Counted from the whole stretch's first letter, positions 12,843 to 25,600 are shown. The stretch: DNA of 63,379 nt, filler included, from Dimargaris cristalligena (GCA_003614675.1; 7 parts of 7 records of this genome joined end to end with filler, not necessarily neighbours in it), one strand, 5' to 3'. Made by a program: numbers and translations. The notes: a model not told the origin generated them from the letters alone.

Positions 12843-15800
12843 ATGTCCCCGCCGACGTCCGGAGACAACTGTCCCCAGCACGATCAGAGCCTCACCTACT
12901 TCTGCCTCACCTGCCGGCTGCCGCTATGCTCGGGCTGTGATATGTTATCGCTGGAGGTAAGTTTCGCCCCCCCCAAAGCCACGTCGGCGGGGTTCTGACC
13001 CTCCATTTTTGGTGTGACCCCAAAGTAATAGTACCGTGTTACCAGTAGGGGCTCCACTGGAGATAGCCCTTACATTGGTTTGTACTATCCCAGAATTTGG
13101 CAGCCACCCCCCAATCATCTCTGAATAATCCTTATTCCTTTATTACTAAAATCACCCATATTTATATTATGTAATTTCCGCATTTATTGGCCCCTTTAGC
13201 ACCGCGGCCACAGCTTCTACAAAATCGAACTCATCTACCCTGCCAGCCTGGATGAAATCCATCGGCAATCGGAGCAACTCACCTTCACCAATGAACGAAT
13301 CGAGTCCGAACTGGCGACCCTAGATGAGTACGCCCACAACTCATTTCAGGAGCGTAAACGACTGGAACAGGAACTGCATGCTATCGTTCAGGCCGAGAGT
13401 CGCAGCCTCTCCGACCAAGCCTCATTGCGGGATAGTGAAATCAGCGATAAGCGCCAGGCCTTCCTCACGCTCCGCCAGCGCATCCGGGATACCCAGTCGA
13501 AAGTGAGTTCGTTACTCGATCACCACACCTCGTCGCAGGTCGTAGTGTACAAGGAGGTGCTCCACGAAACCCTAATCGATATCGTCGATGATCTCAAGCA
13601 AGTGGCCGTGTCCACCCCGTTGCAGCATGACTGGAAACATCCCCTGGTCCCCCACTTTGAATACGATACACTACGGATTCCTCATTTCAGCGCCACCCTT
13701 GAGTCCCGTTCGGACCCCTTTTTGGGGCTACTGTTCCTGGCCTCCGGTACGATCTGGCGGCTTAAGTTGTCTCAGCACGGCTCCGGCCCTCAAGCTACGT
13801 TATCCATTGCTATTGAAATGGTCAAGGGCCGAGCGGGTCCTGATGCTGCCGTCTACCACGGCTCTATTGAAATCGTCCACCCCGATGACCAGCACATCAG
13901 TTTGAGCAAGACTTATTCGGCTCAATACCACCAGTCCGTGGCCCGGGGCATCGATAATTTTTGCACGGTAGCCCAGCTGCAAGACGATGGCTTTTTCCAT
14001 TCCGAGGATGACGGGCTACTGATCCAATACGGCATTCGACCGGAGACGTATATTCAAAAGGACCGTGACCAGACCCAGTATATTAAGAAGCTCGAGCAAT
14101 CACTTCTAAACCTGAAGCAGCAGGTCACCGGCCAGTCCCAGACCTTACCCTTGTCCCCTCCCAACGACGACCGCCCCCCTGAGTACTCCTTCTACGACAG
14201 AGATAGTCAGACGGACAGTCGGGATCGATCGAACTCCATCCCCGCTAGTCTTCCCTCCCCTACTTTTGAGTTTAATTTTGGGTCGCATGCCTCGCTCCAC
14301 CAGGTATTGTCGGGGGACAGTTCGGCCCCCACCCACAACCCCTTTGAGAGACGCGCGGGGGAATCCCCTTGCTCCACGCTGCCTCGAACTGTCCGGTCCC
14401 GCTCCCCGCTGGGTGGGACCTTTAATCTACCGGACGTAGACAACAGTGAACCCACCCTGGGCGAGTCCGACTGGTCGTTCTTGGACAACTCTCCTCAAAT
14501 CCAGTTCCCGGGAGGGTCCGAAGTCGCCTCACCCACCGAGACCCGGCTTTGCTCGAATCTGTCATTTGGTGCGACGTTCCCGCCCCCCGACTCCCCTGAA
14601 GAAAGTAATGAAGCCGTTGAATCAGACGATAGTGATGGGTTCCCACGCTCTACCCGTACTGATTCATTCGGCCGGCGTGCCACTACGGGACTCATTCACC
14701 GCTCCAGCCGCAGTCTCTTGACCAACGGAGAGGAAGATGATATGGAAATTGTACCCGATGGTTTGCCGTCCCGTTTCTCCATCGATACGTCGTACGCCGT
14801 CTCCAGTCGGGCCGGCCAGCTGGGCTCGCGCTCCTTTATTATGGGGGGCGACGGCCGGCGAGTGTCGGATATGTTCGGTCGGGCTAAATTGCCCAGCGAT
14901 AACTCGAGTGACTTTCAGGACTGGCTTGAGGAACGTCGTCGCAGCGGGGGCAAAGGGGCTTTCTCCTCCGCCGCCTTCCGCAACTTCCACGAAGCCTACG
15001 ATCGGGAAAAATCCGCCGGTACCATCGGCCAACCTCCGACCCCGGCCGACCCCGCCAGCAGTGGGCCCAACCGGCCCGGTAACCTCGGCATTCCTACTCT
15101 CCGTCGCTTGACAGCCCGTAAATCCAGCCCGTTTCCTCTGAATATGGCCCTGGCCGTGGAAATGGTGGAATCTCGCGACGCCAAGCCACGCCCGCCCCCG
15201 GTACCCGTTAGTCCGTCCCGGTCCCAGTCGTTCCAACGCTCCCCCTCCCAATTGGGGCCAAAGCCCACCGGTCTGCGTCGCCAATTGACGCGCAATACGC
15301 CCCGTAAACCGAGTCGGGCCCCGTCCACTTCTTCGACTACCAAGCAGCCGGCCGGGTTCTACACCCCCATTCTGATGCGCAGTCTCCGAAAGCCGGGTGA
15401 TTTGGATGAATTGATGCGGCGTCAGAAGGAGGACCCCTCGTTCCAGGCCCAACTCCTCCGCGACCACAAATCGCTGTTCCAACGGCGGGCCCGTCGGCCA
15501 TTGGAAGGCGACCCATCCGACGACGACCGATCACCGGTAGTGACCCCCGAAGAAGAAAATACACCCCCCGTGCCGGCCACTTCGACGGCCTCCAGTCCCT
15601 CTTCCCAATTACAGCCACCGACCCCCACTAGCGCTTTCCACTCCACCAACCGTATCGTCTACTCGCCTTCCAAACCGCGGTTTTCGCCGGCCAAAAGTCG
15701 CTCGAAGGGTGGGACCTGGGGCAAAACCCGTCTGCCTACCTCGTTAGTAACCAAGGCCCCCACATCCCCCGTTATCCCAACCTACTCCGATAAAGCCAAG

Positions 15801-16148
15801 CAACGTTCGCGGGCTACTAGTCTAGGCAACACGGGCCCCCCTCCCAGCCCATCCGCGTCCGCCGTCCCCAAGAGCCTCGCCGCCACCCTTTCCCCGCGGG
15901 GCGGTAGTAAAAGCGGGCACGCGGGTAAACCGCCGATCCCCCTGCAGTTAACTTCCCTGTTCCGCGGCCGAAGTGGCACACGTTCCTCGGGCAGCACCCC
16001 GACTCAGTATAGTTCGGACGGCCCGGGCCCCCGATCTCTGGGATCCGAAGTGTTGCAGACCCAGTCCGCCCCCCGGACTTTGGAACCCGTGCGTGGTCCA
16101 CAGGCGGCCGTCTCCCCCCTCCACCACAAGTCCCGGTACCGTAAATAA
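12843..16148 (+). CDS. TRIM37: TRIM37-like protein: B-box, coiled coil, MATH domain, long Ser/Pro-rich tail, no RING seen; exons 12843-12956 and 13200-16148
   Basis: B-box CPQHDQSLTYFCLTCRLPLCSGC...HRGH spans the intron. The MATH region (LVPHFEYDTLRIPHFS, SGTIWRLKL, YGIRPETYIQKDRDQTQYIKKLE) resembles TRIM37 LVPSYDSATFVLENFS, SGLCWRLKV and [21 protein letters not shown] as recalled. Confidence 0.8.
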
Positions 16149-16689
16149 ACCCCAACAAGTCCCCCTCCTCCTCCCTTCACTCTTCCTTAATACGCATATA
16201 TACACACGACTATAACCAAATAATCCCCTCACCCACCATTACCTATTTTTACACCACCAAGTTATTCTACACCGGGCTTCCTACTACCTGACTATATATT
16301 TGATACCAATTTTACTCCCTTATATTATTATCACTGCCATTAGTATTATCAGCCCCAGCAATATTGTTTGCGCCGTATTATGTCCCAACTTGCTTTCACC
16401 TGGCAATAACCAGGCCAATTGACTTCAACATCCGTATCTATTTAGATCTTGCAACCACTCCCTCTCCAATAGCCAAATCATCATTTGAAATACTACATTT
16501 GCATTAATCCCCATAAACAATTAAAAACCCCAGAAGTAATATCACCTAGCATACCATTGATATGGGTCTCCTGCTCCAAGTACTAAGATAATGGGGGCTG
16601 GAGGAGTTAGTCCTGATACAAACTGTATTGGAGTCCATATAGGTAAGCTTCTGAAGAATACATCATAGTGAGTTGGTATAGCAGTTTTT

Positions 16690-17292
16690 TTTTTTTTGGA
16701 ACAGGGTATCACCCAGGCTAACCACTAATAGTCCATTAAGAGTCCTAAGGATAGGCTTCTAACAGTAGGTGGGGCTTTAGGCTTAGCTAAGTGGGCTACT
16801 AGTGTTAGGTACAGGTATAGTACCAACTAATAAAGGCTACAGCAGGTACAGGTAAGGGATATGCAATGGGCACACTTACTAGTTAGTATATAAGGGGGTG
16901 AGTATATATAGAGTTTATTGGGGTAAACTAGGGGATAAGAATAAGCTAAGGAATCTAACTGGTCCCAATGGGACCTGGTTATATATATACAGGGATAACC
17001 CCAGAAGGAGGCCCAGAGAAAAGGATACTACTAAGACTATAGGATAGATAATTAGGCCAACTGGATGGCTATAGGTATCTAGAAGACTCTGAGGGTAACT
17101 GGAAGAGTCTTTGGATTAGCACTCAAGTGATTAGTATAAAGGGGTAGAGTCCAGAAGGGGAAGGGTTATATAGTATAGAATAATCCCATAGTACCAGGGG
17201 TGACTAAAGGAAAGTTAATATGGTATTATAAAGCCTAATAGGGATAGATACTAGAGTGTCTGGATTAAGGAGGATTAGAAGGTCTAATATAG
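16690..17292 (+). repeat. Dispersed repeat family C (degenerate transposon relic)
   Basis: Colinear similarity with 45482-45941 and ~53590-53752. Its 3' end also recurs at 54562-54680, ~9558-9630 and 53890-53992 (minus). Confidence 0.8.
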
Positions 17293-17689
17293 GGGAATAT
17301 CAATAAATTTATACCTTAAGTAGGGGGGTGCTAACTATCATTGGGTAAAAAGGGGGTATATGTTGGAATACTAAGGACATAAAGAAAATAAAATTGGAAG
17401 TAAGGGAAGAAAACAGCTAGGGGACAGTATGTACCTCTAGGTGGTTAGTTTTATTGAACTGTAATTTTGATGGGGTGAAACATAAGTGGCTAATATAAAT
17501 AATCTCATGATAGTAGAATAAACTAATATAATTAGGTAAAACAGGATAGGATAAAGAATACATAGGAATATATTCTTCAAAATTGGCCTAATTATAAGTA
17601 GGAATAGTAATAATATCCTGTTTATAGGATGTAAAGAGATGGGTATTCAAAGGTTTTGTCAGAAAATTGGCCTTTTATTCAGTACTAGG

Positions 17690-18079
17690 TGTGGTAAACT
17701 TACCACATTTTTAACTACCTTTATTTTTTTATTTATTTTTCACACTTATTAGAAGTTTGCCCCTAACAAGTGAATGAGCCCCTGCCCCTAATAAGTATAG
17801 TCATTTTTACTCCATTATTATTATCATTAGTAATAGTATTTTTTCCATTAGTGTATTATATTTTCCTATATACCCTTGACTAAGCTGCACCCCTGCCCCT
17901 GACCAGACTGTACCCCTGCATTCACTTTGCCCCTGGCCTGACTGTGCCCCTGTTCAAAGTACAGTTAAAAATAGCTTTCTCCCTTTCCCTTTTTCCCTTC
18001 TATTATTTCACATTGAATTTTTTGGTTACCCAAGTATTACCTATCCTTTGTAATAACTAATATTATTATCTGGGAACTC
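17690..18079 (-). repeat. Dispersed repeat family D end, with terminal palindrome and short GCCCCTG-containing subrepeats
   Basis: 17690-17790 is the reverse complement of 45374-45481 and ~54455-54557; terminus TGTGGTAAACTTACCACA. Confidence 0.8.
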
Positions 18080-18179
18080 NNNNNNNNNNNNNNNNNNNNN
18101 NNNNNNNNNNNNNNNNNNNNNNNTTAATTAATTAANNNNNNNNNNNNNNNNNNNNNNNNNNNNNNNNNNNNNNNNNNNN
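18080..18179. other. Artificial contig linker
   Basis: N run with TTAATTAATTAA. Confidence 0.98.
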
Positions 18180-19049
18180 GTGCCAATAGGGCCAAATTGT
18201 TAGAGAGTTAACTTGTCACCTGAAGCCAAGGTGCAAATAATCAATTTAGCAAGATGGGCAAAGAAAGGGAAAGCAAACTGGGAAGTAACTAATAATTGCC
18301 TGAAGCCAAGGTGATATTAGAATACTCCAAAGAAAGGGGTCGCAGGGGTAAAGGGGATCAAGAAATAGTTAAGGGAGCCAAGGTTGTCTGTCCTTCCAAG
18401 AGGGCAGACAAGAGTTTATTTATAATCAATGGTTTATCTGGAAAACAAGGAAAACAGAAGGGAAAATGGTCCATTAGTCATCAGCAAGATGACTCAGGCA
18501 GAGGACGGAAATATGGGCCAATCGGGCATAGCCAAGTCATGGGAAAAGGCTTGGCAATGAGAAGGGAGAAGGAGAACAATGGATCATGGGAATCATTGAT
18601 GACCCCATGTTGAACACAGAAGAAAACAGAGGGAAAATTGGAAAGGAGGGATCCAGCCAGTGTGATGGGAATGGGAAAGGGGAACAGTGTAATGTGGTGG
18701 GGCACCATAAGGGGCTACCATGGTATACATGGAGTGTCAGTCAATGCGGGGTGAACTGATGCTAACTGAGTTTGAAATGTATGGTAGGTCATGAGGGGAT
18801 ATATGCATGGTGATCTCCCATAGATGAGAGTGGGTAGTCTAGGGGAATATGGGATCAGCCAACATGGGTGACCCTTACCGGGCCAAGTTAAATGGAGTCA
18901 AATAGAGTCTATGCATAGGAGGGAATGGCCATGTAAACATATTACTCACTATCCAGGGTCAACAAACCACATGGCACTATAGACTCATGTTAAATAGATA
19001 TAGTGTGCTGCGTCTGACTAACCCCTGAGTGGGGCATTGTTGAGGGTAA

Positions 19050-22000
19050 ATATGGCCTCTCCAATGGACAAGAATTGGTTTGACCAGGAGGCCGTGTCGA
19101 CAGGTATGGGCAACACCCACTGCTGCTATTGGCCATGGGTGAGTTCAAGTTGAATTCCAAGGACGTCCTGGTGGGCCATCAGAGTAAAAAGGGCTTGGGT
19201 CGGAGCAGTATGGGTCAAAGTTTGGCAGTACTTGAGGAGTATGGACTGGCAGGAATGGTTGATGAAATAATTCCCCTACAAGGCAATGCACTACACAGTA
19301 GTAAACAGAATTGTTCCAGCAAGAACTAGGTACTGAAATGATGCTCGTATTTTCCTATTTGGTCAAATAGGCACAGTGGCACATGGCCGATAGCTGGGTA
19401 TGCTTGAGAAAACCAGCTTTCAAAAGCTGAAGGCTCAATTGTTTACAACAGTTAGAAAACTGGATGGCTGAAACAGAGTCAGCACCTAGTCGAAGATACA
19501 AGGCAAATAGTGGGACATTCTGAGCATCAATCTTGAGGGTGTCAGCCAAAATCTCTTGCACAAGTAGTAATATCAGATATAAGGAGACAATAGCACTGGT
19601 TTTGTCTGTGGCACCCATTGGTTGAGGCCAAAACCTGAAATGCCTTGTGATTGGCCTTACCCATAGTAGTCGTTGGGATATGATTCATTGCAATGGTACA
19701 ATTAGGTACCAAGTAATGGGTGAGTTTAGAGTAGAGCTGATTTTTAAGTGCCACTATATCAACCATTGTAGGGTATGTATAGAGAATGAGTCATTGGGGG
19801 GATATGTAGGCTACAGCATGATTAGCCCTCTATCACCAATCCAATGATGATTTCAATTTCTCCTAGCTTGACACAATAACAGAACCGTTTCACCTGGAAG
19901 TCTTTTTGCGAAATGACATAGACCTTGCCATTGGGGAGCCAGCTCACAAGACTACCGGTCCGGTGCAGGCAACATGTGTACACTATTGATATGTAACGTG
20001 TGTGGTAAGGGCCCCCCATTAGTGGCAATCATTTTGGTGATATTCGGATACCTGGATGGGTCAATAGTAGTCATAAAGAAAGGTATGAGAATGCAGATAT
20101 TTGCCCTAGTAATGGTATCCTTGAAATTTCCGTCCATCAGTAACCACATGTCACCTGAGTGAAAGGCACCAAATATCTCCATGAGACATTCATCAAAGGA
20201 AAAATTCGGAAGTCGTAGGAATCAGCATTCAGGACTGAAATGGATGGTCTCACAACCAGTTGGCATGAAAATGACTAGCGACTCGTGCTGCACAGAAATA
20301 CCCTTTGACCGACCAGCGGTGCCCTAGGCCAATACCATATAGGCCAAATCCTGAGGAGTGCTGCTGGTATCAGATTGGAATGTGGCAGTGGCCATTTCAT
20401 AGGAACTGATGGTTTTGACGAGGCAGGACTGGGATTTTGGCTCACACATATGTCCATTAAATAGGCCAAAATGGTCAGTGATGGTCAGTAACGGGAGCTC
20501 TTCTAATAAGCCATACGTATAAAGGAGGCAACTGTTAGCGTTGGACACATTCAGTATGTACACTTCACCAGCTATCAAAGGAATAAATATGTGGCAATAA
20601 AATTGTCTGATTTAAGGATGAAAAGGGTGACATGAGCATCAGGTTTGAATCCGTGTTGATTGTAGGGCCAGGTTGATACAGCATGATTGATAGTAAACAC
20701 CAGCATAAGTGAATCGCAGATCTGTAGGATAGTGGCCCAGGAATTGCATCAGGTAGTGGGCATAGGTGTTACCCCAGTGAGCAGTTTTAAAGAGAAGACA
20801 GCAATCCAGACCTCCACCACTGTCCACACAATGAACAGAGTAGGCATATTCGGTGAAGGTCTGTCTGTCATGGAGTTCAGGGGCGATTTTGGGGGCATTA
20901 ATATCAATCTTGGATACTGGTGTATTGCTGTATACAACAAGGAAGTCTGGGACCTTGTCTTCAGGGTCCACTTGACCTTATCTGTAGATGTCCATTGGGC
21001 TGCATTGCATAGACACCATCAGTTCCCTGACTGACTATGTAGACTTTGGATACAGCCCATGGCTGGCAAATCAAATTCAAGGGAAGCCTAAAATGACAAA
21101 GTGTTAATGCACATCACCACCTTGCTACCAATAATAGCCACAGGGGTATTCTGACTGGACAATAAGACAACAAAAGTAACCTCCGCAGATTTACCGGGAT
21201 GACAGAATACAGTAAGGGCTTACATGCCGCACAGCAGGGAGTTGAGGGTAATCTACTGCTACTAAAAATATGAACTTAGAGCCGAGAAGTAAAAGTATTA
21301 ATGGAATATGTGGGTTCCATATTTGCAGAGAACATGCCAGTTTTGATGTATTGGGAACTGGGCCATGGGCGTGGGCTTAGTCCTGTTGGCGTTGCACGGC
21401 CAGAACTGCCGAAACTGTGGCTAACTGTAATTTCAGGTTTTGCATGTACTCAGATAATTGACTCGCAGGAACAGGGACTGAACCATGGTATGAATTGACT
21501 AGTTCGACTATGGTAATACTTTGAAACCAGGCATTAAACGAGACACAATAGAAGCTAAGGTAGTCCTGGAGTTGGCTAGCAATGATGGAGGATAGGTCAT
21601 AGAGTTTGCTCCACAATAATGGTACATCAGGTGTAAACCCATGCTGGTGATCTACCGAAAAATACTCCTTCTCGATTTATGGCTGGTCATTGTGGAATTT
21701 CTCAACATTGGCCAACCACTTAATACCTCAGCTACTGCAAACAGCCTGCAGAAAGCTGTGGCTAAGCATAATGCGAAGTTGGAGAAATTCAGTTCCCAGA
21801 ATGTTGGGCTGTTGGGTTACCTGACTTAATACTTGTTGGATACGGCCAAAATCAAGTGGTACCTACATAACGAATAGTTCCTGAATCATATATGCACTTG
21901 GATATTTAGAAGTACTTACGGGAAATACTTTCGACAGACTGGAAACAAGGAGGATATCAGTGATTTTTGTTGGATCAGCATTCAACAAAGAGGTGGCTTC

Positions 22001-23420
22001 CTGAATTAAATATTCTATAATTACGAGCAATGATTCCCGATTGCTTAAGAGCATGAAGGGGCAGTAGGCAAGGAGTAGGCAAGAGTCCTGTGGCTGCGTA
22101 ATCAGTCATTGCTCCGCAATGTAGATGGTCAACTCGGCAACATTGAGGATTCAGATATTTTGGTGATGGATGAACAGAATCCATTATATTGACGTCAAGA
22201 AGAGAAGCAAACCGTCAAAATAGAGCTCACTCCTAATTGAAAAAACGAACAATAAATACCGGTTTCCTTGGTATAGATACCAAGGGTTTGGCTTAAAATC
22301 TCCAGGCATTGGGCTCCAGTCGGATTCTGTGAACTAATGGTAGGGCAGCCACCGGATAATACAGTTAATTAGACAAGGAGGTTAACCAAGGCACATCTAT
22401 CGGTCTTTCTATTGGTGGTGCTGAGTAGTTTATTGAGGGTAAATAGGGCACAAGGGGCCATGTATGGAAGCAGATGACTTGGCGGGTGGGCCTTGAGGGG
22501 ACCTATTGACGCTGATTCGGGACTGGCAGGGCCGTAAATCTTACCAGAAGCAATACCAACAGCAATACTCTGGACTTTGAGATGTCGAAGTAAGACCATG
22601 TTGATTTCCAAGGGATTGAACCGATGGCCATAAATTTTGACATGACTGTCCCAATGAGAAAAACATTCATCATTACCATTGGGGGACCAGCACCAAAGTC
22701 CCCCATGAGGTAAAGGTGGCCTAGACTGGTAAATGAATTGGCGGGCAGACACCCACGGGCAAGTTCTATTAGGTCTACGTAGCCTTAGGCAACACAGACA
22801 CCACCCATGTAAAACTTACCGGGGACATCAATAGGTGCAAGGTGCAAGTGGGGATCCCGAAATTTAGTGCCCGGTGTTAGGGACAGGGCGACCAATTGTA
22901 ACAAGTTCATATGTTTGGAGTTCTCCAACATGGCAAACAAAGCACTTGCTGAGGCCATACATATTGAATACATGGTAGTGATGAGCTCAATGTTGGGCCA
23001 CTTAATGGGCCAAAGCCTCCCCCGCAACAGTAATTGTCCTAGGTTTGGGGTACTTGCTATGATCCAAGAAAGCCAGTACCGTAGGGGTGACCATTAAGGC
23101 ATCTACCCAAGGCAAGCTATCCAGGATGTCGGTACGCCAAACAAGCCTAGCCCCCTGCATAAGTCGATGAAAATCTCTAAAAGGGTGCCATCAAACATCA
23201 CGGCCATATTTTTCATCAGGCACAATCCAGATGTGATAGCAATCGTCGATTCAACCTGTTATACAAATTTGACCATAGTTCTGAAACATATCTACCCTGG
23301 AAATCTGTTATCAATCCCTACCGCTATGCATGGCGTACTTTATCGATATATCAAATACGAAGACACAATAGCCGGATGCAGAGTCTCACCCTGATTTACC
23401 TGGCACAATGACCATAACCT
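19050..23420 (-). pseudogene. Decayed multi-module non-ribosomal peptide synthetase (A-(T)-C-A-T-possible E/C); boundaries approximate
   Basis: Ordered fragments across frames: A6 VPGKFYMGGVCVA; A8 SHVKIYGHRFNPLEI; A10 LLPYMAP..TTNRKTDR; C-like region; A3 DLAYMVLA*GTAGRSKG; A4 FSFDE; A7/A8 HRTGS..QKDFQVKRFCYCVKLGEIE; T domain LGADSVSAIQFS. Many stops and frameshifts. Confidence 0.85.
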
Positions 23421-24899
23421 TGGTCGGCTTGCCATTTTCAATGATTTATTAATCCGATAATCAATTTTGTTCGGATTGCTCATTCTGAGCCACCTAAACT
23501 ATTGCTGTCATATATTTAGTAATCCTTGCACTCACTGTTACAGTATAAATACCAGCCGAACCACCAAATCATGAATAAATCAGACCAGTATATCCTCAAG
23601 CCTTGTTGAGTACTGTCTAGTACTAGTGTTTAGTTGTTTCTCCTACGTCCTGTTTTTATTATTCTAGTGTTGTTAGTGTTGTTCCTAGTGTCGTCTAGTG
23701 TCCTCTGAATATCATTATTATTTAGTATCTTCTAGTGTCTATTATCTATATCAGTGGTAGGAAACCTTTCCACCTCCTGTGCCCCTGTTTCTCCTGAGCT
23801 CCCCACAATAACCCCATACCCCAACAGCCCCAAAGGCTTGATACGTATCAAGTTCGGTTCTCCAGCTGGATACCCTTGGGCCAACTCATGGTTCCTGAAG
23901 CATCAAGGATATGAGGCATGTTGTTCAGCTTTTAATGGATACAGATTCGTACTACCTGGGACATCCAGCCTATTACTAGCAGCCTTTGGGATTCGCGAGG
24001 AGGCAGCAGCCTCCTTATCAACACAGCCTAAAGTCATGGTAGCCAGCTCCCTGGTGGCAGAAGACAGGAGGTTTGCGGAGTGGGATGAGACTGGGGCAGA
24101 GTTGGGCATTGTCATGGCAGGTTTTTGGAGGAGGCAGGTGGCCAGCAGATTGGACAGAGGACAGGGGGGAGGGATAAAACAAGGGTTGTAAAAGTTTCTT
24201 GAAAATAAATTAAAAAAAGACGGTGATGTCAAATAATAAAAAATAATCAATAAAAAATCAGGACTGAGTTCAGGGAATAGTAGAATTTGAGTTTCAAATA
24301 AAACAAATGATGATTGTTGTTCAAATAAGCGGGAATTTACTGTTTACTTATGTAACCATCCCATGGGCCTTAGGGGCCGCTGGATATAAGGGAAGGGATA
24401 TAGAAAAAAGGTCAAGAATGGAACGAGATGGAATGACAAGGAATCCATTGAAAAATAGGTCAGACTTTTAAATGCAAGGAAGAATGGCAGACTTTTTAAT
24501 GTAAACCGTGAGTATAAAAAAAAAATATTTTTTGTGTATGTCATAGTATAGGCGGTAATTTCAGTGGGAAAATGCTGGGAATGATACTGCCATTGTATAT
24601 CACGGTATATTCCGCCCCCTGATGAGGATGACTGGCTGTCCATAGTCCAGGGATAAGTGCCGACTTCCGGATGGCACTGCAGATTGACCAACGGGACATC
24701 TGGATTTTGGGGGTGGACACAGGTAGAATTGGTGGCAATAGTCAGGTGGGCACTACTGTTCTTGAAAGTATAACAAATACATTAAATAGGATAGACGGGG
24801 CCAATAAGGACATGGGGAGCACCAAACTTTAAAATCGCCAGTGCAGTGGTGTTGGAGGCAGTGAATTTGAGTATTTAAATGGAAAACCACACCTCAGGC

Positions 24900-25600
24900 C
24901 AGGTGTCATACTTTTCCATCAGCACTCACATGAAACTCTTGCTAGCTCAGTCTAGATGGGAGTAGGCCCATTCTTTGTGGACATTGGTCTAAACAGGGCA
25001 GTGGGGGTAGCACAGGGCACAGTAGCTAAACAGACAATGTACTGGCTGCCCGACTGTTTGGATAGGTTTATTAGTGGGAGACACCTCTATTGGATGGGCT
25101 TGTTCATTGACGCTGACCCAGGGAATATTGTGCACTAGGATTGCCTGGCCTCGGTCTAATGTCTTGATTAATGCTGGCAAAACAGCACCAAATTGAAGAG
25201 AAAACTCGACCAAGGCCGGTCTGCAGTACTGGGCCCAGGGATATATGGTTATGGCTCGGAACTGGTCACGGTGCTGCTCGAAGCCAACCGTAAGCCGAGC
25301 GGCTATAATAACCAAAATCATGTCAGGGGACGGGCCTGGACTGGACTCGCCAGGCTGTCCGATAAGTTCAATTGGAATGAAGATTAACTGCATTTTACTA
25401 GGCTCAACATCCTTGACAGTATGAATGACCTCCATCACCTACTCAACAGAGCTGGGCAAACGTTTGGGCTTAACATTCTGTAGGATAGAAGAGCCAAGTC
25501 TGAAATCCAGCCTAGCTTGGGAAAAAATCCTGTTTTGTTGTTAACTGGCTATGTGGTCACCGATTGGACCTGTCCAGTGGAAAAAACCGGTGGCGGGTTG
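24900..25600 (-). mobile_element. Possible degenerate retroelement gag/ORF1-like remnant
   Basis: 149-aa ORF ending in a Cys/His cluster (HCLFSYCALCYPHCPV) in an otherwise gene-free, CpG-poor region. No RT motif found. Confidence 0.25.

Noticed and set aside
14664-15482. 272-aa antisense ORF and similar overlapping ORFs (e.g. 5904-6470, 61228-61614)
   Set aside because: Shadow frames of GC-rich real genes, with no domain signal.
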